Below, one piece after another: positions 18,209-27,100 of a DNA stretch of 36,696 nt. Where the stretch lies: positions 1-36,696 of the IMG/VR virus record IMGVR_UViG_3300037608_000072; one strand, 5' to 3'. Within the stretch, counting starts at the first letter, position 1. The number at the start of each line of letters is the position of its first letter. The position numbers were made by a program, and so were the translations under genes. Origin of the DNA: a virus (Duplodnaviria; Caudoviricetes). The notes beneath the pieces are model-generated. The model saw nothing but the letters and a program-made list of their open reading frames with translations. It had not been told where the DNA came from and did no database searches.

Positions 18209-19788
18209 GCGTAACGATGCGTTACAAAGAGAAACAGGAGTATGACGCATGGCTTCGGGAAAAGGCGGCCATTAAACGGCTAAGCCCCGAAAGCCGCGAA
18301 ACGGAGGAGGTACGCAAAAAGCGCATTGCCGACCTTTTGAAACCCGGCCATGAGCCACAATTTGCAAAATACTATTGCTCACACCTGGCATTGTCTGATT
18401 TCGCCTATTTCCAAAAGCGCGATATGAAAAAGATAAGCGAACAGGCTGACTTGCTCGCTTTGATGGAATACCCCCGCGAACATGCAAAGAGTACTATTTT
18501 CGGAACAATCGTTCCGATGATCCTGATTGCGCGCAAAGACTTTACAGGAATGGTGATCGGTTCGGCAACAGAACCAAAAGCAAATAAGTTACTTGCCGAT
18601 TTGCAAAGCGAACTGATGTTTAACAAGCGTTTTATCGACGATTTTGGCGAACAATACGGATCGGGCAAATGGACGGATGGTTATTTTGTTTCGGCACAGG
18701 GTTACGGCTTCTGGGCGTTCGGTCGCGGGCAATCACCGCGCGGAATCAAGGAATCAAGCTTCAGGCCAAAATACGGACTGATTGATGATATTGATGACAA
18801 GAAGTTCGTTAAGAATGAAGACCTGGTTGACGAGTGCCTCGAATGGATTTTTGAGGACTTCTACGGCTGTTTGCCAATTACCGGCAGTCGCCTGATAATG
18901 ATAGGAAACCGGATTCACCGCAAATCGGTACTGGCCAAATTTGCGGGCGATATTGAGGAAGGTGATCCGATACGCGAAGGTTTGTACCACTCGAAAGTAT
19001 ATGCGATCGAAAACCCGCGCACACGGCAAATGGACCTTACAGAAAAAGGCATCCCGGCGTGGAAGGAAAGATACACGTATGCGATGCTTTGGAATAAAAT
19101 AAACCGCATGGGCAGGCGTAGCGGGTTGAAAGAGTACTTCCACCAACACATCATTTTCGGCAAAATGTTTAAGGAGGAGCACTTGCCCTGGACAGACATT
19201 TTGAACCTGAGCGCATACGATGAATTGATTACCTACAACGACCCAAGTTATAAGAACTCAATGACCAGCGATTGCAAGGCCATCGGGCTGATCGGTAAAA
19301 TCGGGCGGTATTACGACATCATCGACATATTCGACCGTCAATGCTCCACCGGCGAAATGGTTCGCGGACATTATACAATTGCCAAACAAGTTCCCGATCA
19401 ACTAAAAATAAAACACTGGATGGAGGCAAACTTCATTCAGGATTTAATGCTCGAAGAATATTACCGTTTCGGAGACGCAAACCCTCCCATGTTGCGCATA
19501 CGTGGCGATAAGCGCAAAAAGCCCGACAAAGAGGTAAGGATCGAGAACTTAACACCGCTTACCGAGGCCGGGTTTATACGCTTTAACCGGGCATTGAAAC
19601 AAAAACCCGACATGATTACCCTTCGCGACCAGTTTTTAGGGTTTCCGGATAAGCGTATTAAAGATGATGGACCTGATATGGTGGAGGGCGCTATTCACAA
19701 ACTTGATACTAATAAGGGCAAGGGCGGGAAGCAAAGGGAAACGCGAACCGGCCAATATGCCCAGACAAACGAACGATCAATTTTTTAA
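18205..19788 (+). CDS. terL: Terminase large subunit
   Basis: PREHAKST Walker A, GLIDD Walker B, and YNDPS and DDGPD nuclease motifs. Confidence 0.9.
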   Translation: MSVTMRYKEKQEYDAWLREKAAIKRLSPESRETEEVRKKRIADLLKPGHEPQFAKYYCSHLALSDFAYFQKRDMKKISEQADLLALMEYPREHAKSTIFGTIVPMILIARKDFTGMVIGSATEPKANKLLADLQSELMFNKRFIDDFGEQYGSGKWTDGYFVSAQGYGFWAFGRGQSPRGIKESSFRPKYGLIDDIDDKKFVKNEDLVDECLEWIFEDFYGCLPITGSRLIMIGNRIHRKSVLAKFAGDIEEGDPIREGLYHSKVYAIENPRTRQMDLTEKGIPAWKERYTYAMLWNKINRMGRRSGLKEYFHQHIIFGKMFKEEHLPWTDILNLSAYDELITYNDPSYKNSMTSDCKAIGLIGKIGRYYDIIDIFDRQCSTGEMVRGHYTIAKQVPDQLKIKHWMEANFIQDLMLEEYYRFGDANPPMLRIRGDKRKKPDKEVRIENLTPLTEAGFIRFNRALKQKPDMITLRDQFLGFPDKRIKDDGPDMVEGAIHKLDTNKGKGGKQRETRTGQYAQTNERSIF

Positions 19789-19804
19789 CTAAATAGTTTA
19801 AATT

Positions 19805-19954
19805 ATGGCAACAGAACCAAAAAAGAAAGAGCTAAAAGTAAAGCACTTTCAAAACCCGGAAGACCTTTGTGCATTCGTCAACGAAAGCGAAATAACGATT
19901 CATTCAATCGTTGCTTATGACCGCTTTCAGGCGCTGTATTTTTACATTAAATAG
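19805..19954 (+). CDS. Small hypothetical protein (49 aa)
   Basis: MATEPKKKELKVKHFQNPEDLCAFVNESEITIHSIVAYDRFQALYFYIK* fills the gap between terL and the gp36-like gene. Confidence 0.55.
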   Translation: MATEPKKKELKVKHFQNPEDLCAFVNESEITIHSIVAYDRFQALYFYIK

Positions 19955-19960
19955 CCATCT

Positions 19961-20380
19961 ATGCAATTCCTTACAGAAACTGACTTTAAGGGCATCATTG
20001 GCGTTAATACGCTCACCTCGTTGCGAGGTGCGAATGATGAGAACCTGACAACTGCCGAGAGCCTCGCAGTGTCGGAGCTTGACCCATTGCGGGCAAACTA
20101 CAACATTAGCGGCGAGCTTGCAAAATCGGGCACGGCGCGAAATGACCTGATGATCCGCCTGATGATCCACATCACCGCGTATTATCTGTTCAATACCGTT
20201 GATGATAACGACATACCCGAGCGCATTGCCGAAAATTACAGGATGCAAATACAGGCCATTGCAAAAATCGCATCAGGCACCATGTCGTGTACGCTCGAAC
20301 CGCTGTACAACGAAGACAGCACACCAAAAACCAGCTACCGGTTCGGCAGCGATGCGGTAAGGGACAATGATATTTTTTAG
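19961..20380 (+). CDS. Mu gp36-like head-tail adaptor (DUF1320)
   Basis: MQFLTETDF...HITAYYL...IPERIAENY...IASG pattern and synteny. Confidence 0.75.
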   Translation: MQFLTETDFKGIIGVNTLTSLRGANDENLTTAESLAVSELDPLRANYNISGELAKSGTARNDLMIRLMIHITAYYLFNTVDDNDIPERIAENYRMQIQAIAKIASGTMSCTLEPLYNEDSTPKTSYRFGSDAVRDNDIF

Positions 20381-20456
20381 AGGAGGCCTCCCCCCTGCCT
20401 CCCGGTAAACCGGGAAGGGGTGATAAAAAAGAAGAAACGACATTAAAGCAAAAAAT

Positions 20457-21713
20457 ATGAGCAAGGAAAATATATTCACGAAGCTTTTTAAAGCCTCCCC
20501 TTTTGGGGGAGGTTTGGTGGGGGCTTCGGGTTTGGGTGGGGCCGCAACCAAAAAAAAAGGCAACAGGCAGTCTGAGAATGTGAACCTGCCGCAACCCGAC
20601 AGGGTGCAAATGCAGTTGGGCACTTTGCGTAACAATGTTGAAAATGCAAAAGACACGAATAACCCGAGCTGGGTTGACTTGTACCGCATGTACGAAAACA
20701 CCCTGGGCGATCCTGAAGTAAAAACGCAACGCCGTATTGCCGTAAATAAAATAAAGGCCGAAAAGTTCATTGTCTCGAAAGATGGTACTGACAATGCCGA
20801 AATGACGGCCTTGTTTCAACGGCCATGGTTCGATAAGTTTAAGGAGATATTAATTGACGTTGAGTTGTGGGGCTACCGGCTTTGCGAATTCGGGCAATTT
20901 GATGTTGACAACCAGTTTATAGATTGTAAGCTTTTCCCGACTTACAACGTGTACCCGCACAAAAAGCACCTGATTGTAGAGGTGACCGACACAACCGGGA
21001 TACCTTACGCCAACGAGGACCCTGCAAAGGGCGAAATTGTAAACCCTTACGATTATTTTTTGATTGAATTGGGCGTGAAGGATGATCTGGGATTGCTGGA
21101 GGCATTGACCAGGGAAGTGATTATTAAGAGCTTTGCCCGCCGCGACTGGAACGAACACTCCGAAAAATGGGGACAACCGCGCATCGTGGTAAAAACCGAT
21201 GCTGAAGGGAAAGACCTGGACGTGGTTGAAAATGGCGCGCGTAATTTCAGCCGAAACGGTTATGCAATAGTTGGAACTGATGATATCGTTGAAAAATTTG
21301 AGGCTTCGAACAACGGCAGCGGCTATTTGATATACGATAAGAACATTGACAAGTGCGACCAGTACATTTCTAAAATAATTAACGGGCAATATGGCACCGG
21401 CGCTGAAAAAGCTTTTGTGGGCACTGCCGAGGTAGCCGAAAACATACTGAACGACTTTCACCATTCGCGGCTTCGCGAGGCTCAAAACATCATCAATTAC
21501 GAACTTATTCCTTTCCTGAATTATTGGGGTTACCCGCTCGAAGGCGCTGTTGGTCGTTTTCCGTCGCTGGATGAAAAAATACAGAAAGCCCCCGAAGCCA
21601 CTGAAGGAGGGGAGGAAGAAAGCGTTGAAGACAACGACCAGAAACCGGAAGGCAACAAGAAAGCAAATGCCAGGCTAAAAAAAAAAGTGTTCATAAGCCC
21701 CTGGGGTTCGTAG
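20457..21713 (+). CDS. Portal protein (Mu gp29/DUF935)
   Basis: LGLL...KSFARRDW...EKWGQP and ISKIINGQ motifs, and synteny. Confidence 0.85.
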   Translation: MSKENIFTKLFKASPFGGGLVGASGLGGAATKKKGNRQSENVNLPQPDRVQMQLGTLRNNVENAKDTNNPSWVDLYRMYENTLGDPEVKTQRRIAVNKIKAEKFIVSKDGTDNAEMTALFQRPWFDKFKEILIDVELWGYRLCEFGQFDVDNQFIDCKLFPTYNVYPHKKHLIVEVTDTTGIPYANEDPAKGEIVNPYDYFLIELGVKDDLGLLEALTREVIIKSFARRDWNEHSEKWGQPRIVVKTDAEGKDLDVVENGARNFSRNGYAIVGTDDIVEKFEASNNGSGYLIYDKNIDKCDQYISKIINGQYGTGAEKAFVGTAEVAENILNDFHHSRLREAQNIINYELIPFLNYWGYPLEGAVGRFPSLDEKIQKAPEATEGGEEESVEDNDQKPEGNKKANARLKKKVFISPWGS

Positions 21714-21727
21714 AGACAAGGCACGCC

Positions 21728-22747
21728 TTGTCTCCGCACGCATCACATCTGCGTACCTTAGCCGCACAAAATAACGATTCGTTTGCCGATATTTTCAGTC
21801 AGTATGCCAAACAGGTGAGTATGGGTACCGGTATCGATATTAGCAAAATAAGCTACACCGATCCACGCTTTAAACTCTACAATAATTTACAGTCCGATGC
21901 GGCCCGTTTTGCAACATTCCGCGAGGCGCAAAAGCAAAGGGAGCTTTCAGCCGTTAGAACCGACCTGGACAAAAGCCGCATTGAAAAACGGTATGCCGAA
22001 TACCTGAAGACGGAAAAGCAAGGCATATTTGCCAACGCTGCCGCCGCCGAACGCTGGACCGGCTTTCAGGAAAATGCGGACCTATATCCTAACCTCGAAT
22101 GGCGCACAGCCGGTGACAGTGACGTACGCCCTGAACATGCCCGTCTCGACGGTTTGATACTCCCTATAAATGATCCTTTCTGGAACTCGCATACACCGCC
22201 GTTGGGCTTTGGCTGCCGTTGCGAAGTGATACAAACCGACGAGAAGGTGAATAAAACCGAAGGGCATGAGAATACCCCGGCCCCGAAAGGCTTCGATTTT
22301 AATCCGGGCGTCGATCAAAAGATATTCAGCGATTCGGCAGGTTATTACACCAGCGCACCCAGGGCCGATGTAGGCGAATTAACCAAGGTTGGAGTTACCC
22401 AGCTAAAAATAAGATTGAACGAATTGGTACTATCTGAAGTTCGCGGCAAAACGCTGGCATATAAGGGCAAGGAAATTGCAATTAACCGCGTTGGCATCGA
22501 CAAAACCCGAAGCTTCAATAAAGACAATGCTACGGCTCTTACGGCCATGCTCAACCCTAAAAATCTTCAGGATATGATTGACACGGGTAAACACCGGGTT
22601 GAAGAATATAGAAAGATTGATAAGGCTAAAATGGAAGCCAATACCGGCATCGCTAAATATCATGTTTGGGAAGGAAAAGGTTTTATTCTGAAGGCAAAGG
22701 AAGATACAACGGGAGCCCTTTATTTTTATCTTCTGAAGTTTTTATAA
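21728..22747 (+). CDS. MuF minor head protein with ~120 aa C-terminal extension (nuclease/toxin-like)
   Basis: YPNLEWRTAGDSDVRPEH...FW..HTPPLGFGCRC and FDFNPG. The start is uncertain (a TTG inside a REP). Confidence 0.85.
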   Translation: MSPHASHLRTLAAQNNDSFADIFSQYAKQVSMGTGIDISKISYTDPRFKLYNNLQSDAARFATFREAQKQRELSAVRTDLDKSRIEKRYAEYLKTEKQGIFANAAAAERWTGFQENADLYPNLEWRTAGDSDVRPEHARLDGLILPINDPFWNSHTPPLGFGCRCEVIQTDEKVNKTEGHENTPAPKGFDFNPGVDQKIFSDSAGYYTSAPRADVGELTKVGVTQLKIRLNELVLSEVRGKTLAYKGKEIAINRVGIDKTRSFNKDNATALTAMLNPKNLQDMIDTGKHRVEEYRKIDKAKMEANTGIAKYHVWEGKGFILKAKEDTTGALYFYLLKFL

Positions 22748-22750
22748 ACG

Positions 22751-22821
22751 AAAAAATTCGATTGCCGCAGGGGTGGTGTTGTATCTCACGACATTGAACA
22801 GGTCACCCGACAATCGAATTC
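22751..22821 (-). ncRNA. Putative ~70-nt structured small RNA convergent with MuF
   Basis: TATATTTG on the minus strand (22826-22833), a 14-bp closing stem, an internal GUGA tetraloop hairpin and a U6 tail. Confidence 0.55.
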
Positions 22822-22938
22822 GATACAAATATAACAACTTTTCCAATTCAAACAACTTTCCCAAAGTTTGTCCAAGATTGAAAAAACTTTGGGAAAGTTT
22901 TAAATTGTAAATCGTAAATAATTAAATCGTAAATAATA

Positions 22939-23379
22939 ATGAATAACGCATTTTTCAATAAAATAAACGAAATCAGGCAACGTTTACCGGCAGCCGTTAA
23001 GCGTTTGCCCGGCATTGCAAAGGTTGAAGGCTTACGGTTTATTGCCGATAACTTCGCAAAAGAAGGCTTTGAAACCAAGCCGGGGCAATACGAAGCCTGG
23101 AAGAAAAAAAAGGCCAAGGGAGCCAGCAAAAAAACGCTGATGGGCGAAAAACGCGGCGGATCGCTAAAACGGTCGTGGAAACAAGAAACGACGGCCACCG
23201 GCACGCAGGTTGAGTTTACCAGCTCATTGCCGTATGCCGATGTTCATAACGATGGCTTGCAGGCCGGACGGCCTCCGGGCTTCACGATGCCTGAACGCAA
23301 AATGATTGGCGACTCGGAGGCGCTGAATAAACGGATTGAAGGGAAGTTTGATAAAATGGTGGATGATATATTTAAATAG
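22939..23379 (+). CDS. Virion morphogenesis protein (Mu gpG-like)
   Basis: NFAKEGF...W...L..S...YADVHNDG...MPERKMIG. Confidence 0.8.
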   Translation: MNNAFFNKINEIRQRLPAAVKRLPGIAKVEGLRFIADNFAKEGFETKPGQYEAWKKKKAKGASKKTLMGEKRGGSLKRSWKQETTATGTQVEFTSSLPYADVHNDGLQAGRPPGFTMPERKMIGDSEALNKRIEGKFDKMVDDIFK

Positions 23380-23514
23380 AGGCCTCCCCCCTGCCCCTCC
23401 GAAGGAGGGGTGATAAGAGTGCGCTGAATGAGAGTATTGATATTTAATTAACCAATAAAGCTGGCGTACCCCGGCCAGTCCCTCCCCTTCGGGGAGGCTA
23501 GGAGGGGCTTCTAC

Positions 23515-23949
23515 ATGCTAAATTCTATTTACAAAGCAATTAAACAGCAGTTAAACACCGCTGATGAAGATTTGGTACTGAAGGGAATTGAGTGGTACAA
23601 CGTGCAATACGAAAGCACCATTGCCAGTACACCCCGTATTTTTGTGGAGTTTCCTGATCCGTTAAAGTTCGACCATGTAAGCAAGGAAATGAAGCGAACG
23701 CCCGTGAAAATACGGCTGCACGTTGTAACACAGGCGCTCACCGGCACCGATGGCACAATACCCGACACTATGGTGGCGGCGCACGAAGTAACGGCTAATT
23801 TCGCCCTGGATACGCTGAAACGGTTTGTGCCCAAATTGGGGGAAGTGGCGTTAACCTCGCCGTTCGATTTCACGGTGTGGCAGCACTGGCACAAGCACAA
23901 GGGCTGGATGGTTACCTTTGTGGAGTTTGAAGCAAAAAAGGTGCTGTAA
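23515..23949 (+). CDS. Tail terminator/completion-like protein
   Basis: 144 aa after gpG, with IEWYNVQY...PRIFVEF. Confidence 0.6.
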   Translation: MLNSIYKAIKQQLNTADEDLVLKGIEWYNVQYESTIASTPRIFVEFPDPLKFDHVSKEMKRTPVKIRLHVVTQALTGTDGTIPDTMVAAHEVTANFALDTLKRFVPKLGEVALTSPFDFTVWQHWHKHKGWMVTFVEFEAKKVL

Positions 23950-23988
23950 ACAGCCCCACCCAAACCCTCCCCACAAGGGAGGGCTTAA

Positions 23989-24019
23989 AAAAAGCCCGAT
24001 CAATGCGACCGGGCTTTTT
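23989..24019. terminator. Bidirectional intrinsic terminator
   Basis: AAAAAGCCCG-N11-CGGGCTTTTT between convergent operons. Confidence 0.75.
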
Positions 24020-24073
24020 AATTGGTAGCGCTTTAATTGGAGCGTTCTTAAAGTCCCCTCTTTGGGAGGGGAT

Positions 24074-24298
24074 TTAGGGGAGGCTCTTTATCTCGTCAAA
24101 CATAGCCTTTGCCTGTTCGAGTGTTGGGAGCATTTCTTTTAATAGTTCAAGCAATTGAAAGTTCTTATCCAGCATGTCTTCATCCTGGCATTGCATTACG
24201 TTTATAATGCCGTGCATGGTATCAACATAGTTTTCGTGTGGCGAGCACCCGCCCGTTTTAACCTCAATACTGAAGCTGTCTTTGGTCATGGTTACCAT
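24074..24298 (-). CDS. Hypothetical protein coupled to the KilA-N gene
   Basis: 74 aa ORF with a TAATG overlap. Confidence 0.6.
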   Translation of the reverse strand: MVTMTKDSFSIEVKTGGCSPHENYVDTMHGIINVMQCQDEDMLDKNFQLLELLKEMLPTLEQAKAMFDEIKSLP

Positions 24299-24942
24299 TA
24301 TGATTGCCCTCCTACCGCTTTATTGGTAAAAATAAAATCAAGTTTCAACTGGTGGGCATCGCTCTGCGTTTTCAGGAAGTTGCAAAATTTAGGGGTAATA
24401 AAGTTACGGCCAAACAACTTTACAAAATGCTGCGGGTATAGCCTTTTACGGGCGGCCACACTGCCACTTTTGCGGCTTTTCCCGAGGCTTTCCAATACAT
24501 CAAGGTAATTGTACCATAGTTTACCACCGTTGATAACTGGCTCAACCCCGTTAAAGTTATCGGCCAGTACCGCCTGCCGTGTAAGCAACCGTAAAATCAA
24601 ATCGTCGACAGCAATGGCGAACTGTGGGCTTAACCATTGGGCAAATCGGATGGCAATTCTACGGTCAGTACACCATGTTCCCTGGTTTCCTGGAATGCCC
24701 CCTTTTTTAACTATCACCAGATCAGCCGTAGTGCTTTTCTTCACTTCGGACAAAGTGTCAATATACTGACACGCTTCATCAGTTTTAAGCCAATCCACCG
24801 GTCTTTTCGATTGTCCGTAGGGTTTTGCTAACTGGGTAAGATTAACACAACAATTGCCGGAAAGTAATTCAACAGCAAATTTGTGATGGTCGATTTCCAC
24901 CACTTGCAGATTTGTAACCTGCTTTTCATTTTTTTGTTCCAT
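24298..24942 (-). CDS. KilA-N domain protein (antirepressor-like)
   Basis: VNLTQLAKPYG..KRPVDWL...QGTW...AIRFAQWLSPQF. Confidence 0.85.
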   Translation of the reverse strand: MEQKNEKQVTNLQVVEIDHHKFAVELLSGNCCVNLTQLAKPYGQSKRPVDWLKTDEACQYIDTLSEVKKSTTADLVIVKKGGIPGNQGTWCTDRRIAIRFAQWLSPQFAIAVDDLILRLLTRQAVLADNFNGVEPVINGGKLWYNYLDVLESLGKSRKSGSVAARKRLYPQHFVKLFGRNFITPKFCNFLKTQSDAHQLKLDFIFTNKAVGGQS

Positions 24943-24963
24943 TTGATAGACATTAAAATGGTT

Positions 24964-25060
24964 AAAAAAAAGCTCGTCCGTCTAAGGTGTGTCTATCAAT
25001 TACACGCGGGGCGTGGAATCTGCTATCCTTTTCAGGGTAAGCCACCATTACGAACGAGCC
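24964..25060 (-). ncRNA. C4/CI-like antisense regulatory RNA in the KilA-N leader
   Basis: GCTCGTTCGT/ACGGACGAGC closing stem plus U8. The internal TAATTGATAGACA is complementary to sites at 25109-25121 and 24943-24952. Confidence 0.6.
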
Positions 25061-25137
25061 GTTATTTTTACTTATAAAAGATTCAGGAATTTTGCCCCTG
25101 AAGTGCAATAATTGATAGACAGGGGCAAATATAGAAA

Positions 25138-26097
25138 TTATTTGAACAGTTTGTACAGGTCAATTAAAAATTCTTTTTCGGGAAGCGTTTTAACTGAGTC
25201 TATCAGATTAATCAGCCGTTTCTCAAAATCGGGAATTGCTTCTTTAACCGAGCGGAAACGTTTTGCCAGTTCAATACGGTCAACAATATTCGCCTGTCCA
25301 TCGATACTAAAACCCAACACCGCTAATCCGGCTTTGCTTATAAAATGCCTGGCAAGCCCTTTGTTAAACGGTGAAAAACGGTGTAAAAAACGGCGATCCA
25401 CCGTATTAAAAAACGATGGAACATCACTTTCCCTTGTTACATAACCAACTTCGCGTAAAAACTGTGGCCCATGTATCCATGTTGTGCCTTTATAAATTAC
25501 AGAAATGGTATCAAAACTCCTATTTCCCAAAGTAAATTGAGTGTAACCCCACTCGCAATCATCAGTTAGAATTATAACATTGGGCATACGAACATAAGTG
25601 CCGCCATGAAGTCCTTTTATTTCGTGTACACTGAGCTTTAATTGCCCGTTTTCGATCATTTTGGTTACATACTCTCTGGTTGTCGAAGTAAAACCATTCA
25701 GAAGAAGGTCTTCTATTTTGTTATCGACCCAAATGGCAAAGTTAGGGTTTAGCCATTGGGCAAACCTGATAGCTATTTTTCGGTGCATCCATGTTCCTTG
25801 TTCATCGGGTTTTCCACCTTGTACCGTGCGGGTATAACCGGGTATATTTGTAAAATCTGTAAGTATCTGATAATCACCGTTAGGAGAATTCCCCTCACGG
25901 CTGATTATCAACGCTTTAATATATTCTTGGGTTTGCTTCAAAACGAGCCAGTCTTTAACCAATTTCCCGTATGGTTTTGCCATTAGGGTGGCGTTCAATA
26001 TTACATCTCCATTAATATCGAATGGTATTTTATTGCCATTATAAGTATAAGAAGTTATTGCCATGATGCTTTTTGCATCAAATCTATCAATTTTCAT
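25138..26097 (-). CDS. KilA-N domain protein with C-terminal extension
   Basis: LNATLMAKPYGK...QGTWMHRKIAIRFAQWLNPNFAIW. Confidence 0.85.
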   Translation of the reverse strand: MKIDRFDAKSIMAITSYTYNGNKIPFDINGDVILNATLMAKPYGKLVKDWLVLKQTQEYIKALIISREGNSPNGDYQILTDFTNIPGYTRTVQGGKPDEQGTWMHRKIAIRFAQWLNPNFAIWVDNKIEDLLLNGFTSTTREYVTKMIENGQLKLSVHEIKGLHGGTYVRMPNVIILTDDCEWGYTQFTLGNRSFDTISVIYKGTTWIHGPQFLREVGYVTRESDVPSFFNTVDRRFLHRFSPFNKGLARHFISKAGLAVLGFSIDGQANIVDRIELAKRFRSVKEAIPDFEKRLINLIDSVKTLPEKEFLIDLYKLFK

Positions 26098-26189
26098 AAT
26101 CAGTTGTTATTTATTATTTAAATTATTCGGAGCGTTCTTATCACCCCTTCCGCCAGCTGGCGGAGAGGGGCAGGGGGGAGGCTCCCTTT

Positions 26190-26441
26190 TTATTCAAAAA
26201 GCGACAACGATAACTGTTCTTTTCGTTTTGCCTCGAGCTCTTTAAGCTGGCGTTCGGCTGGTGTGCGCAGGTATTCGTAAAAACAAGCTTTTGATATTTT
26301 GTACTTGGGGAAAATCATTGTGTCGTACACGTGACGGTCGGAGAGAAAACCGGGTCCATCGACCCAGTTTTTGCTGTTTTCCTTGTATATATTCTGCACA
26401 TCAATAATACGTAACAGTATGTTTCTCCGGTTGTATGCCAT
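26190..26441 (-). CDS. Small HTH-like regulator, candidate late activator
   Basis: MAYNRRNILLRIIDVQ...YKISKACFYEYL; follows the GemA-like gene in the position of Mor/C. Confidence 0.5.
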   Translation of the reverse strand: MAYNRRNILLRIIDVQNIYKENSKNWVDGPGFLSDRHVYDTMIFPKYKISKACFYEYLRTPAERQLKELEAKRKEQLSLSLFE

Positions 26442-26569
26442 GCAGCGAATGTACATTTTTTGTTAATCATTGTCAATATTAGTTTTATTTACAATTTTAT
26501 TATTTACGATTTACAATTTGCGGGCGAAGCCAAATAGTAAATAGTAAATTGTATAATTGTAAATCCTAT

Positions 26570-27100
26570 TTAGTTCTCTCCCGGCTTTGGCAGTTTATTT
26601 TTATGGTGCCAGGCCTTTGTTCCGGTTTGCTCAGCACTACGGTTGTAGTTGGCCTCAATTCCCCTAAACTGTTTAATCAGCGCGTCCAGTTCGTCCAGTA
26701 GATACTTTTCGAGCCTTTTTTTTAGGATGCTGCCCGAAATCATAAAACGGTTAAAGGCTTCAAAATTGCTGCTACCGTTCGGGAAAAAGCCCACACGCCC
26801 GGCAATGGCCAGCACCGTAGCGCGTTTGTTTCGCCGCTCAATCTCCAAATTTGGGTTCAACTGGTTACGAAAACCAAAATCGTTGGTAATCTTCCAAATC
26901 AGGTCGTCCATTTCGCGGTCAAACAGTTCTTTGGTACTGGCAGTGCGCCCAGCTGTCCAGGAGTAAACCAAGTCGTGACGGCTATCGCTGTCAATTTTGG
27001 CCTTTCCAAGCACGGTCATTAATTTGCGGTGTTTTAAAAGCCTCCCCCCTGCCCCTCCAAAAGAGGGGTGATTGGAACCCGGTGTGTTTGTGTTTTTCAT
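26570..27100 (-). CDS. GemA/gp16-like protein
   Basis: RHDLV..WTAGRTASTKEL...E...LI pattern, in the Mu-like early region. Confidence 0.6.
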   Translation of the reverse strand: MKNTNTPGSNHPSFGGAGGRLLKHRKLMTVLGKAKIDSDSRHDLVYSWTAGRTASTKELFDREMDDLIWKITNDFGFRNQLNPNLEIERRNKRATVLAIAGRVGFFPNGSSNFEAFNRFMISGSILKKRLEKYLLDELDALIKQFRGIEANYNRSAEQTGTKAWHHKNKLPKPGEN

